NCBI RefSeq assembly: GCF_017307495.1
Contig: NZ_JAFKHE010000017.1
Coordinates: forward strand, 37,087-101,086
Direction: 5' to 3'
From: Devosia sp.
GTDB taxonomy: Bacteria; Pseudomonadota; Alphaproteobacteria; Rhizobiales; Devosiaceae
Length of the DNA stretch: 64,000 nucleotides
Positions 1 to 9,384 of the stretch are shown here, piece after piece. Below the pieces are notes generated by a model. It was not told where the DNA came from and did not search any database. It worked only from the letters and a program-made list of their open reading frames with translations. The translations under genes and the position numbers were made by a program. Numbering within the stretch: position 1 is the first letter of the stretch; the number at the start of each line of letters is the position of its first letter.

Positions 1-1031
1 TCCTCGGGCTTGAAGTGGTTCTCCTCCTGGATGCCGAAGGCGGTCGAGGCGAGGTCGACATGCATGGCGGCCATCTGGTTGACCGGGTCGTTGTCGCCGC
101 CCTCCTGCCAGGCGGTCTGGACGCCGAACCACTCGCACAGGGTCGCGACCTTGCGGGCCGGGGTGATGCCGCCGCCCTTGCTGACGCGGATGCGGACGAA
201 ATCGATCAGCCGCTCGGTGATCAGCGGCAGGTATTCGTGCGGGTTGATGAACAGTTCGCCCATGGCCTGCGGCGTGGCGCATTGCTGGCGGACGAGGCGA
301 TACCATTGCACCTGCTCGGGCGAGAGCAGATCCTCGAGGAAGAAGAGGCGGTAGGGCTCGAGCAGCTTGGCGAGCTGGACGGCATTGTGCGGGGCGAGGT
401 GCTCGTGCACGTCGTGGGTGAATTTCGGGCCCCAGCCGAGCTTGTCGCGCAGGTGGGCGAACATCTCGGGGATGGCCTTTAGGTAGGCGTCGTCGTCGAA
501 GGCCTTGTCCTGCGGCCAGTGGTTCTTCGGACCGCGGGCATCGGCGCGATCGAGGAAGCCGCCGCCGCCGTAGTTGCCGAGCTGGCAGCGGATGACGGTG
601 TAGCCTTCCTCCCAGTAGCGGCGGACGTCGTCCTCGAGCTCGGTGAGGGTATCGCCCTGCGCGTGGGCGTAGGCGGCGACGGCGCTGCGCGTCTTGCCAC
701 CGAGCAGCTGGTAGACCGGCATGCCGGCTTCCTTGCCCTTGATGTCCCACAGGGCCATGTCGATGCCGGCCTGCACGGTGTTCATGATCGCGTCGTTACG
801 CCAGTAGCCGCAGGTGTAGATCGACTGCCAGATGTCCTCGATGCGGCTGGCATCGCGGCCGATGATCAGCGGCGCCACGGTTTCCACGGCGGTCTGGACG
901 ACCCTGGCGCGATAGTGATCCGAGGCCGAGCCGATGCCGTAAAGGCCGGGCTGGTCGGTGAGCACCTTGACGAACAGCCAGGTGCCGTCGGCGCGCGTGC
1001 GGATCGTCTCGATCCCGGTGATCCTGGTCAT
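1..1031 (-). CDS. Mandelate racemase/enolase superfamily dehydratase, D-mannonate dehydratase (ManD/RspA)-like; 3' end outside the window
   Basis: Hand-translated (absent from ORF track because it has no stop in the window). ATG at 1031 after GAGGGG. MTRITGIETIRT...GIDMALWDIKGKEAGMPVYQLLGGK...HDVHE...FLED...MGEL, giving the D/E/E metal ligands. Confidence 0.88.
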   Translation of the reverse strand, partial: MTRITGIETIRTRADGTWLFVKVLTDQPGLYGIGSASDHYRARVVQTAVETVAPLIIGRDASRIEDIWQSIYTCGYWRNDAIMNTVQAGIDMALWDIKGKEAGMPVYQLLGGKTRSAVAAYAHAQGDTLTELEDDVRRYWEEGYTVIRCQLGNYGGGGFLDRADARGPKNHWPQDKAFDDDAYLKAIPEMFAHLRDKLGWGPKFTHDVHEHLAPHNAVQLAKLLEPYRLFFLEDLLSPEQVQWYRLVRQQCATPQAMGELFINPHEYLPLITERLIDFVRIRVSKGGGITPARKVATLCEWFGVQTAWQEGGDNDPVNQMAAMHVDLASTAFGIQEENHFKPE

Positions 1032-1065
1032 CAAATTCCCCTCAGCAATGATGTCGTGTCGAACA

Positions 1066-1086
1066 GAGATTCCCGCTTTCGCGGGA
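1066..1086. repeat. Single REP-like unit (family A half)
   Basis: GAGATTCCCGCTTTCGCGGGA, matching the right arms at 9211-9235 and 52034-52057. Confidence 0.6.
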
Positions 1087-1135
1087 CGCCGGTGGCAAGG
1101 CTCCAAATCAGGGGCCCGCCGGGCGCCGCGTGGTC

Positions 1136-1891
1136 CTAGCCCTCGAGCAAATGCTGCGACTGCGGGCGCCAGCCGATCAGGCGCTCCGCCTTTGACAGAT
1201 TGTGTTCCTCGCCCGCCTCGTCGCCAACGATGAAGATGGACTCGTAGCGCGGCTCGTCGCCGAGCGCGGCGAGGGCGCCGAGATAGGCGTTGGCCATGTC
1301 TTCCTCGTCGAGCGGGTAGACAAAGCTGCCGTCGCCGGCGCGCTGCGGGTTTCGGCGCTGGGCGAGGAAGTCGGCGCGGGTGCGCGGGCCGCTGATGCGG
1401 AGCCCGAGGATGTCCATGCCGAACCAGCGGGCGAAGTAGGCGCAGATCTGCTCGCCGAAACCTTTCGACAGCCCGTAGACGGAGGGGGAGTCGAGTGGAA
1501 CGGTGTCCTCGGTGGGGTAAAACTCGCGGGCGCGATAGTGGACGCTCATCGAACTCGTATAGACGCCGCGTTTCACCCCCGCTTCCTGCGCGAGGAACAG
1601 GAACAGGTGCAGCGCCTTGGTGTTGAGGTCGTAGTTGTTGACGATGGTCTCGACGTCCTGGTCGGTGACCATGCCGCCTTGGGCACTGCGCATGGCGAGC
1701 CAGATGAAGGCATCGACGCCATCGAGGGCGTGACGGATGATGTCGGGATCGAGGACCGAGCCGTAGATGTGCTCTACATCCGGGTCGGCGGGGTCGGCGA
1801 GATCGAGGACGCGCAGGGTGTGGTGGCGCTTGAGGTAGGGCGTGATGAGCTTGCCGACGTGGCCGGCGCCGCCGATAAGAAGGAGCTTCAC
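1136..1891 (-). CDS. NAD-dependent epimerase/dehydratase (extended SDR, uronate dehydrogenase-like)
   Basis: GGAGHVG Rossmann motif and YGLSK catalytic motif; GTG start overlaps the upstream stop. Confidence 0.85.
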   Translation of the reverse strand: MKLLLIGGAGHVGKLITPYLKRHHTLRVLDLADPADPDVEHIYGSVLDPDIIRHALDGVDAFIWLAMRSAQGGMVTDQDVETIVNNYDLNTKALHLFLFLAQEAGVKRGVYTSSMSVHYRAREFYPTEDTVPLDSPSVYGLSKGFGEQICAYFARWFGMDILGLRISGPRTRADFLAQRRNPQRAGDGSFVYPLDEEDMANAYLGALAALGDEPRYESIFIVGDEAGEEHNLSKAERLIGWRPQSQHLLEG

Positions 1892-2778
1892 TTGGCGATC
1901 TCCGGGCGCTCGTCGGTATCGAGGACACGGATGCCGAGCTTGCTGGCCGTCGCATGGAAGAGCGCGCTGACTTCGGGCAGTTCCTCGGTCGAGTTGCCTT
2001 CGGCGATCATGGGGTAATCCGGATCGAGCCCCTCCAACCGGGTAAACAAGGTTTCGAAATCCATCAGGCCCTTGCCCGGGCAGCCGTCCTGCAGGTGGAT
2101 GGCGAGGCGGTTCTCGACCCAGATGTCCTTGGCGTGGGCACTGCAGATATGCCTGCCGAGGAGGTCGAAATGGGCGTTCAGGGCTCCGGTGGTGTCGTAG
2201 ATCGTCTCGAGCGTGATCCAGTTGGCGGAATCGTAGTCGCAGCGGACCCAGGGACTATCGACAGCATCGAGGATGCGGGCGGCGATCTCGGGTGTGCGGG
2301 GTGTCACCAGCGAATGCGACTCGAGGCTGAGGAACACGCCGGCATCTTCAGCGGCCTTCGCACATTCCTTGAGCGACCGGATGAGCTGCGCCTCGGCCCT
2401 GGCCGTCCAGTTGTCCGGGTGCGGGAACCAGGGGCCGGCGGGGTTCATCGAGCCGGGGCCGGTGTCGATGCCGCGGGCGCCCATCCAGCCCGCCAGCTTC
2501 AGCGCGGCCTGGAGGACGCGCACCGATTGCGCGCGGGCGGCTTCGTCGGAGGTGACGAGGTTCTGCCAGTAGCCGGTGGTCTGGAACAGCTGCACGCCTT
2601 CTCCGGACAGCAGCGACTTCAGACGTTCCGCGTCGGCGCGCGGGGTGGTCAACGGGTCGTTGTCGCGGAAGCGGGTGAAGATGCCACTGAAGCCAAGGGC
2701 ACGGACCCGCTGGCACATGGCGGAATCGATGTCGTTCATATTGGCGGGCAGAAAACACCCGCTCATTCCTAGTCGCAT
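1888..2778 (-). CDS. Sugar phosphate isomerase/epimerase (xylose isomerase-like TIM barrel, AP_endonuc_2)
   Basis: LSLESH, CDYDSANW, HAKD and IAEG metal motifs; ATG at 2778 after AAGGACAGGAC (ORF-track start at 2892 is overlong). Confidence 0.85.
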   Translation of the reverse strand: MRLGMSGCFLPANMNDIDSAMCQRVRALGFSGIFTRFRDNDPLTTPRADAERLKSLLSGEGVQLFQTTGYWQNLVTSDEAARAQSVRVLQAALKLAGWMGARGIDTGPGSMNPAGPWFPHPDNWTARAEAQLIRSLKECAKAAEDAGVFLSLESHSLVTPRTPEIAARILDAVDSPWVRCDYDSANWITLETIYDTTGALNAHFDLLGRHICSAHAKDIWVENRLAIHLQDGCPGKGLMDFETLFTRLEGLDPDYPMIAEGNSTEELPEVSALFHATASKLGIRVLDTDERPEIAK

Positions 2779-2818
2779 TTGATGTCCTGTCCTTCCGGTG
2801 ACCGCTCTGTGGCGGTCG

Positions 2819-3697
2819 TCAGCCGATGACCTTCCAGCGCTCCTCGCGCGGCATGGTGGGTCGGAAATCGTAGCGCTCCTTGCCCAGGGCATGGAGCGTA
2901 GCCAGCTCGATCAGCGAGAAGTCCGCGGGGTCGTCCCGGTTGAGGTTCATCGGTTCCTTCAGCACCACCGGAGGGTTGGTCATGAAACGCACATTGCCCG
3001 AGTGGTTGTTGGACGAGGCGTGCAGCATGAAAGGGTGGAGGATGATGAAGTCGCCGGTCTCGCCGGTGATCTCCTCGAATTCGTGGCACTGCTCGATCAG
3101 CTTGCCGAAGGCATCGCCATCATCGACCCCCTCGGGGTGCTCGGCGAGGTACTGCGCCACCACCTTGATCGAGTCGGGCGCAACGAAGGTGCCACCGCCC
3201 TTGTGGACCACGTCGGACCAGTAGACGATGGTCAGAAGGCCCTGTTCGCGGCTGTCGAGGAAGTGGCGGAAGAAGCTGCCGTCCTTATGCCAGCCGCCGG
3301 CCTCGACCGAGGGCTTGACCCACGGCTTGTCGGCGCCGCGGCGGAAGTTGACCACAAAGGCGTCGGACCACTCGGTTGAATCGATGGTGGTGAAGTGCTG
3401 GGACTCGATCTCCATGACGCGGTGATCGATGCGGTCCGCGCCGCCGGTGACGTCGCACAGCGCGGCCCAGCCCTTGGGCGAGATATCCTTGATCGACGCG
3501 ATGTTGTGGCGATCCATCCAGACGATGTCCTTGGTCCAGGTGGAGCGGTCCACGGGGTCGTAGCCGAGGCGGCCGTAGGCCTGGTCGGTCCACTTCCTGG
3601 CCAGGGCCGGGTCGAGGCAGCCCTTGATACGGACATAGCCCCTCTCGATGAAATGCTGCGCCTGCTCAGGCGTAAGCACCTGGAACTGCCTCGTCAC
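2819..3697 (-). CDS. Phytanoyl-CoA dioxygenase (PhyH)-like Fe(II)/2-oxoglutarate dioxygenase
   Basis: QHFIERGYV N-terminus, WHKDG (HxD) and distal HPFMLHAS; GTG start after AGGAGG. Confidence 0.8.
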   Translation of the reverse strand: MTRQFQVLTPEQAQHFIERGYVRIKGCLDPALARKWTDQAYGRLGYDPVDRSTWTKDIVWMDRHNIASIKDISPKGWAALCDVTGGADRIDHRVMEIESQHFTTIDSTEWSDAFVVNFRRGADKPWVKPSVEAGGWHKDGSFFRHFLDSREQGLLTIVYWSDVVHKGGGTFVAPDSIKVVAQYLAEHPEGVDDGDAFGKLIEQCHEFEEITGETGDFIILHPFMLHASSNNHSGNVRFMTNPPVVLKEPMNLNRDDPADFSLIELATLHALGKERYDFRPTMPREERWKVIG

Positions 3698-3906
3698 GTA
3701 ACACCCTCCTCGTGCTGTGAAATGTCAGACAAGCACGGAAGCGGGGGCCGGTGGAGCCTGCCATTGGTCGAATGCACAGGTGGGGATAGCGCGCGATGTC
3801 GTAGTGGTGCACTCCAACCACGTTTGTCGAACGTCACGCTGGTCGTTCGACTAGGCTTGCAGGCTGGACGAGAAATTCCGCCTGAGGAGCATTCGAGGAG
3901 ATAGCC

Positions 3907-4245
3907 ATGAGCCGGTACCTGATCGCCATCCACCATCCGGAGGACTACGACGCCGCCCTCGAGGACGAAGCAATGGGCCGCGACATTGACGCGCTCAACG
4001 AAGAAATGGTGGCCGCCGGCGTACGGGTCTTCGTCGGCGGGCTGCAGCCGGTGCGCGCGGCCAAGGCGGTGCGGCGGCAGCCGGACGGGGGGCTGAGCGT
4101 TACCGACGGACCCTACATCGAGACCAAGGAGCATATCGGCGGGTTCTGGGTGCTCGAGGCGGTCAGCCTGGACGAGGCGCTGGAGTGGGGGCGCAAGGCC
4201 GCGGTGGCATGCCGGGCATCGGTCGAGGTGCGGGGGTTCAACTGA
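3907..4245 (+). CDS. YciI/DGPF-domain protein
   Basis: VTDGPYIETKEHIGGFWV family motif; GGAG RBS. Confidence 0.88.
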   Translation: MSRYLIAIHHPEDYDAALEDEAMGRDIDALNEEMVAAGVRVFVGGLQPVRAAKAVRRQPDGGLSVTDGPYIETKEHIGGFWVLEAVSLDEALEWGRKAAVACRASVEVRGFN

Positions 4246-4302
4246 GGGGTTGATCTTGGCCAGCCCGGGTCGGAGGATCGCTCGCGGACCCAAGGAGGCC
4301 CC

Positions 4303-4680
4303 ATGGACAGGCACCGCATCTATTCTATGAGCGTCGCGAGCGTGTACCCGCACTATGTGGCCAAGGCCGAGCGGAAGGGGCGCACGAAGGCTGAGGTCGA
4401 CGAGATCATCCGCTGGCTGACAGGGCACAGCCAGGCGACGCTGGAGGACGAGCTGGCGAAGGGGACCAGCTTCGAGGACTTCTTCGCTGGAGCGCCGCGG
4501 ATGAATCCGTCGCGCACGCTGATCACGGGCGTGGTCTGCGGGGTGCGGGTCGAGCAGATCGAGGAGTCGACGATGCGGGAGATCCGCTATCTCGACAAGC
4601 TGATCGACGAACTGGCGAAGGGGAAGGCGATGGAGAAGATATTGCGCGCGCCGGGCGGGACGCATGCCGCAGCCCCTTGA
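4303..4680 (+). CDS. DUF2200 domain protein
   Basis: [16 protein letters not shown]...[11 protein letters not shown]...[22 protein letters not shown]; AGGAGG RBS. Confidence 0.88.
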   Translation: MDRHRIYSMSVASVYPHYVAKAERKGRTKAEVDEIIRWLTGHSQATLEDELAKGTSFEDFFAGAPRMNPSRTLITGVVCGVRVEQIEESTMREIRYLDKLIDELAKGKAMEKILRAPGGTHAAAP

Positions 4681-4732
4681 CACCCCACCGCCGCCGCGCC
4701 CATAAAGCCGAACCTGAATTTGGAGCACATCC

Positions 4733-4780
4733 GTGCAGAAGCTTATCGTAGTAGTGGGGCGCATCGGGCGCGCGGGGTGA
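4733..4780 (+). CDS. ilv leader peptide (15 aa, MQKLIVVVGRIGRAG)
   Basis: GGAG RBS at 4722-4725, GTG start, Leu-Ile-Val-Val-Val run (CTT ATC GTA GTA GTG), TGA at 4778-4780, ahead of a terminator and ilvI. Confidence 0.85.
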   Translation: MQKLIVVVGRIGRAG

Positions 4781-4816
4781 CACAGAGTACCCGCGAGGGT
4801 TCGGTGCGCTCGATCG

Positions 4817-4840
4817 AAGGTCCCTAGCGGGGCCTTTTTT
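4817..4840 (+). terminator. Attenuator terminator of the ilvIH leader
   Basis: AAGGTCCC-TAGC-GGGGCCTT followed by a T run, about 70 nt before ilvI. Confidence 0.85.
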
Positions 4841-4912
4841 GTTGCCGATTTTCCGCCGCTGGCGGCGCAGTGAAGCGAATAGAGGCCGGCGAAGCCGGAG
4901 TGGGAGTTACAA

Positions 4913-6682
4913 ATGGCCGAGCAAATGACGGGCGCGGAGATGGTGATCCAGGCGCTCACGGATCAGGGGGTCGAGCACATCTTCGGCTACCCGGGCGGCG
5001 CGGCGTTGCCGATCTATGATGCGCTGTTCCAGCAGGACAAGGTGCAGCACATCCTGGTGCGGCACGAGCAGGGCGCCGGTCACATGGCCGAGGGCTATGC
5101 CCGTTCGACCGGCAAGGTCGGCGTCGTGCTGGTGACGTCCGGGCCGGGCGCGACCAATGTCGTCACCCCGCTCACCGACGCGCTGATGGATTCGATCCCG
5201 ATCGTCGTGCTCACCGCGCAGGTGCCGACGGCGCTGATCGGCTCGGATGCCTTCCAGGAGTGCGACACGGTCGGCATCACCCGCTCGTGCACGAAGCACA
5301 ACTACCTGGTGAAGTCGGTCGCCGACCTGCCGCGCGTGCTGCATGAGGCGTTCCATATCGCCCGCACCGGCCGGCCCGGTCCGGTGCTGATCGACATTCC
5401 GAAGGACGTGCAGTTCGCCCTCGGCACCTATTACAGCGCCGACGAGATCTCTGCGACGCGCCACAAGAGCTACCACCCGGCGACCGGCGGCGACCTCGCC
5501 GCCATCGAGCAGGCGGTGGACCTGATGCTGCGCGCCGAGCGGCCGATCTTCTATACCGGCGGCGGCGTCGTGAATTCCGGCCCGGAAGCGAGCGAGAAGC
5601 TGCGCGAACTGGCCGAACTCACCGGCTTCCCGGTGACCTCGACGCTGATGGGGCTGGGTTCCTTCCCCGGCTCCAATCCGCAGTGGATGGGCATGCTGGG
5701 CATGCACGGTACCTACGAAGCCAACATGGCGATGCATGACTGCGACCTGATGATCAACATCGGCGCGCGCTTCGACGACCGCATCACCGGCCGCATCGAC
5801 GCTTTCTCGCCGGGCTCGACCAAGATCCACGTCGATATCGACCCGTCTTCGATCAACAAGAACGTCCGCATCGACCTGCCGATCGTGGGGGACTGCGGGC
5901 TGGTGCTCGAGGAGATGGTGCGGATCTGGCGGAGCAAGACCAACCAGCCGCGCACCGAGGCGATCGCGCCGTGGTGGAAACAGATCGAGCAGTGGCGGGC
6001 CGTCAACTCGCTGGGGTTCAAGAACTCCAGTACGACGATCAAGCCGCAATACGCGATCCAGCGCCTCTACGAGGCGACCAGGGAGCGCGAGGTCTTCATC
6101 ACCACCGAGGTGGGGCAGCACCAGATGTGGGCGGCGCAGCACTTCCACTTCGACAAGCCGAACCACTGGATGACCTCCGGTGGCCTTGGGACGATGGGCT
6201 ACGGCCTGCCGGCCGCGGTCGGCGTGCAGGTGGCGCATCCGGACGCGCTGGTGGTCGACATCGCCGGCGAGGCGTCGGTGCAGATGACCATGCAGGAGAT
6301 CTCGACGGCGGTGCAGTACCGCCTGCCGATCAAGATCTTCATTCTCAACAACGAGCGCATGGGCATGGTCCGGCAGTGGCAGGACCTGCTGCATGGCGGC
6401 CGCTACGCCCACAGCTATTCGGAGAGCCTGCCGGACTTCGTGAAGCTCGCGGAAGCCTATGGCGCCAAGGGCATCAAGTGCGACGATCCGAAGAAGCTGG
6501 ATGCGGCAATCGCCGAGATGCTCGACTACGACGGCCCGGTGATCTTCGACTGCCTGGTCGAAAAGCACGAGAACTGCCTGCCGATGATTCCGTCGGGCAA
6601 GCCGCACAACGAAATGATCCTGCCCGACTTTGCCGAAGACATTGGTGCCGTCATAGACGCCAAGGGTCGCCAGCTGGTTTGA
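4913..6682 (+). CDS. ilvI: Acetolactate synthase large subunit
   Basis: FGYPGGA, RHEQGAGHMAEGYARSTG, TSGPGATN, TSGGLGTMGYGLP and the ThDP motif ...LNN. Confidence 0.97.
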   Translation: MAEQMTGAEMVIQALTDQGVEHIFGYPGGAALPIYDALFQQDKVQHILVRHEQGAGHMAEGYARSTGKVGVVLVTSGPGATNVVTPLTDALMDSIPIVVLTAQVPTALIGSDAFQECDTVGITRSCTKHNYLVKSVADLPRVLHEAFHIARTGRPGPVLIDIPKDVQFALGTYYSADEISATRHKSYHPATGGDLAAIEQAVDLMLRAERPIFYTGGGVVNSGPEASEKLRELAELTGFPVTSTLMGLGSFPGSNPQWMGMLGMHGTYEANMAMHDCDLMINIGARFDDRITGRIDAFSPGSTKIHVDIDPSSINKNVRIDLPIVGDCGLVLEEMVRIWRSKTNQPRTEAIAPWWKQIEQWRAVNSLGFKNSSTTIKPQYAIQRLYEATREREVFITTEVGQHQMWAAQHFHFDKPNHWMTSGGLGTMGYGLPAAVGVQVAHPDALVVDIAGEASVQMTMQEISTAVQYRLPIKIFILNNERMGMVRQWQDLLHGGRYAHSYSESLPDFVKLAEAYGAKGIKCDDPKKLDAAIAEMLDYDGPVIFDCLVEKHENCLPMIPSGKPHNEMILPDFAEDIGAVIDAKGRQLV

Positions 6683-6693
6683 GGAGAGAACAC

Positions 6694-7248
6694 ATGAACG
6701 CACATCTTCAGCCGAGCGGTTCGGCCTATTTCCTCGCCGCGGAAACGCAGACCGCCGAGCGGCATACGCTCTCGGTGCTGGTCGACAACGAGCCGGGCAT
6801 CCTCGCCCGCGTGGTCGGGCTGTTCTCGGCGCGGGGCTACAATATCGACAGCCTCACGGTCTCAGAGACCGAGCACGAGAAGGGGTTGAGCCGTATCACC
6901 GTGGTTACGGTTGCGACGCCCAAGGTGCTGGCGCAGATCAAGCTGCAGCTCGAGCGGCTGGTGCCGGTGCACCGGGTTCACGACCTGACGGCCGAGGGCA
7001 AGGCGCTGGAGCGCGAACTGGCGCTGATCAAGGTGGGCGGCACCGGCGAGTTGCGCGCCGAAGCGCTGCGGCTCGCCGATGCGTTCCGGGCGCAGATCGT
7101 CGATGCGACGACGGAGAGCTTCGTGTTCGAGGTGACCGGCAAGCCTTCCAAGATCGATAGCTTCATCTCGCTCATGGTGCCGCTCGGGCTGGTGGAAGTT
7201 GTGCGGACCGGGCTGGCCGCGATATCGCGCGGCGCCGAGCGCATGTAA
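6694..7248 (+). CDS. ilvH: Acetolactate synthase small (regulatory) subunit
   Basis: LSVLVDNEPGILARVVGLFSARGYNIDSLTV ACT domain; ATG at 6694 after GAGGAG. Confidence 0.96.
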   Translation: MNAHLQPSGSAYFLAAETQTAERHTLSVLVDNEPGILARVVGLFSARGYNIDSLTVSETEHEKGLSRITVVTVATPKVLAQIKLQLERLVPVHRVHDLTAEGKALERELALIKVGGTGELRAEALRLADAFRAQIVDATTESFVFEVTGKPSKIDSFISLMVPLGLVEVVRTGLAAISRGAERM

Positions 7249-7295
7249 GACGTTGCGGCCGGGAGCGATCCCGGCCCTGTCATGAGGGGATAGTC

Positions 7296-8183
7296 GTGTC
7301 GTTTGCCAGCCACCCGTTCCGCGGGCCGTTGTTCATGGTCATCGCGACCGGGTCGTATGTCATCAACGACACGCTGATGAAGCTCGCGACGGAGGGGCTG
7401 CCGCCATACCAGGTGCTGACGATGCGCGGCATCGCGGCGGCGCTGTGGGGCATGCCGCTGCTGTTCGCGCTCGGCTATGGGCGGAACCTGCCGCAACTGT
7501 TCGAGCGGCGCGTCCTGGCGCGCAACCTCGCCGAGACAGGCGCCATCCTGTGCTACATCGTGGCGCTCGCCAACATGCCGATCGCCGACGCCTCGGCGCT
7601 CGGGCAGATCACGCCGCTGCTCGTGCTGCTGGGCGCGTCGATCCTGTTCGGCGAGAGGATCGGGGCGGTCCGGATGGGGCTGATCGGGCTGGGCTTCGTC
7701 GGCGCGCTGATGGTGGCGCAACCGACCATGCAGGGCATTTCGGTGTACGCCTTGCTGGCCCTCGCCAACGCGGTGCTGTGCGCGGTGCGCGACATCGCCG
7801 GGCGGCGCATCGGGCACGAGGTGCCGGGCATGATCGTCGCCATGTCAGCGGTGATCGTGGTGCTGGTCGGGGCCGCGGCGATGCATGTGGCGACCGAGAG
7901 CTGGGTGATGCCGCAGGCGCACCACCTGCTGCTGCTGGCAGGATCGGGCCTGTTCCTGATCTTCGGGCACTTCTTCATCTTCATGGCGTACCGGGTGGGG
8001 CCGACCAGCGCCGTGGTGCCGTTCTACTACTTCTTCACCTTCTGGGCGGTGGTCTCGGGGCTGGCGGTGTTCGGGCAATTGCCGAACGCGCTGGCTCTGG
8101 CCGGGATCGCGCTGGTGGTGGCAAGCGGGCTCGCCATCGTGCTGCTCGACGAGCGGCGGCGCCGGCTTGCTCCGGTCGCATGA
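7296..8183 (+). CDS. DMT/EamA family transporter
   Basis: About 10 hydrophobic helices in two EamA-like repeats. Confidence 0.88.
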   Translation: MSFASHPFRGPLFMVIATGSYVINDTLMKLATEGLPPYQVLTMRGIAAALWGMPLLFALGYGRNLPQLFERRVLARNLAETGAILCYIVALANMPIADASALGQITPLLVLLGASILFGERIGAVRMGLIGLGFVGALMVAQPTMQGISVYALLALANAVLCAVRDIAGRRIGHEVPGMIVAMSAVIVVLVGAAAMHVATESWVMPQAHHLLLLAGSGLFLIFGHFFIFMAYRVGPTSAVVPFYYFFTFWAVVSGLAVFGQLPNALALAGIALVVASGLAIVLLDERRRRLAPVA

Positions 8184-8345
8184 TCGGACGGCGGGTATCG
8201 CGCCAGGCGATGGTCGCCATCACAACGTTCGATTGGCTGGCGGGGTCGCGATGCGGTAAGCAGCTGAACCTAGTCATTATTATTGTCGCGCTGTCGAACC
8301 GGAAAAGTCTCAACCCTTTCCTGACAACGCTCCGGTGGGGCCGCC

Positions 8346-9104
8346 ATGACGCATCTTTCCGTGAACCTCAACGCCGTCGCCATGCTCCGCAACCGGCGCA
8401 GCGTGCCGTGGCCGAGCGTGACCGACATTGCCCGGATTGCCCTCGATGCCGGGGCGGACGGGATCACGGTGCATCCGCGGCCCGACGAGCGGCATATCCG
8501 GCGGACCGACGTGTTCGAGCTGGTGACGCTGCTGCGGCAGGACTATCCGGGGCGCGAGTTCAACATCGAGGGCTATCCGACCGAGGATTTCCTGACGCTG
8601 GTCGAGCGGGCAAAGCCCGACCAGGTGACGTTCGTGCCCGACGATCCGATGCAGGCGACATCGGACCACGGCTGGAACATCGAGGCCAATCGCGCCGTGC
8701 TGGTGCCGGCGATCGAGCGGATGAAAGCGGCAGGTATCCGCGTGTCGCTGTTCATCAATGCCGAGGCTTCGGCACCGGCGGCAGCGGCGAGCGTGGGGGC
8801 CGACCGGGTGGAGCTCTACACCGGACCCTATGGCGGGGCGCTGAAGCCCGAGGTGCAGGCGGTGCACCTCGCGGCGCTGAAGGAGACCGCGGACGCGGCG
8901 CGAGCGGTCGGGCACAATGCGCGGCCGGGGCAGGGCGGCCTGCTGGTCAACGCCGGACACGACCTCAACCTCGTCAACCTGCCGCCGCTCAAGCACGCGA
9001 TCCCGGACCTCGCCGAAGTCTCGATCGGGCATGCGATCACGGCGGATGCGCTGATCTATGGGATGGCGGAGACGGTGCGGCACTACAAGCTGGCGTGCTC
9101 CTGA
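8346..9104 (+). CDS. pdxJ: Pyridoxine 5'-phosphate synthase
   Basis: LSVNLNAVAMLRN, GITVHPRPDERHI, VELYTG, VNAGHDL, VSIGHA. Confidence 0.96.
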   Translation: MTHLSVNLNAVAMLRNRRSVPWPSVTDIARIALDAGADGITVHPRPDERHIRRTDVFELVTLLRQDYPGREFNIEGYPTEDFLTLVERAKPDQVTFVPDDPMQATSDHGWNIEANRAVLVPAIERMKAAGIRVSLFINAEASAPAAAASVGADRVELYTGPYGGALKPEVQAVHLAALKETADAARAVGHNARPGQGGLLVNAGHDLNLVNLPPLKHAIPDLAEVSIGHAITADALIYGMAETVRHYKLACS

Positions 9105-9157
9105 CGGTGCGTCGCTGAAGCGGACGGTCTCATCCGGTGCCTGCCATAACTCACGGT

Positions 9158-9235
9158 GTCATCCCCGCGAAAGCGGAAACCTCCGTTTGCAGCGCCCGCG
9201 GCAAGAACTGAGATCCCCGCTTTCGCGGGGATGAC
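9158..9235. repeat. REP/RIME-like inverted pair, family A
   Basis: GTCATCCCCGCGAAAGCGG...CCCCGCTTTCGCGGGGATGAC. Confidence 0.9.
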
Positions 9236-9384
9236 CCGGTGGGTGGTGCGAGCCAGAGTACACGTTGCTCCCTGGCGGGGAGAGTGTTCTTCCCGCGCTG
9301 AGGTGAATGGTTCGGGGGTTGTGCCCCCTTGATCCCACACCCCAATCCGCTATGCAGGACGCCTTCCCCGTTTTCAGGCCCGAA

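Noticed and set aside
3694-4959. 421-aa minus-strand ORF spanning yciI, DUF2200 and the ilv leader
   Set aside because: It overlaps three well-supported plus-strand features and has no recognisable domain
4907-6703. 598-aa minus-strand ORF opposite ilvI, and similar long antisense ORFs (28136-29998, 30542-32803, 32847-35540, 49021-51975, 57172-59721)
   Set aside because: Shadow ORFs of high-GC3 genes: they mirror real genes, have biased composition and show no family motifs
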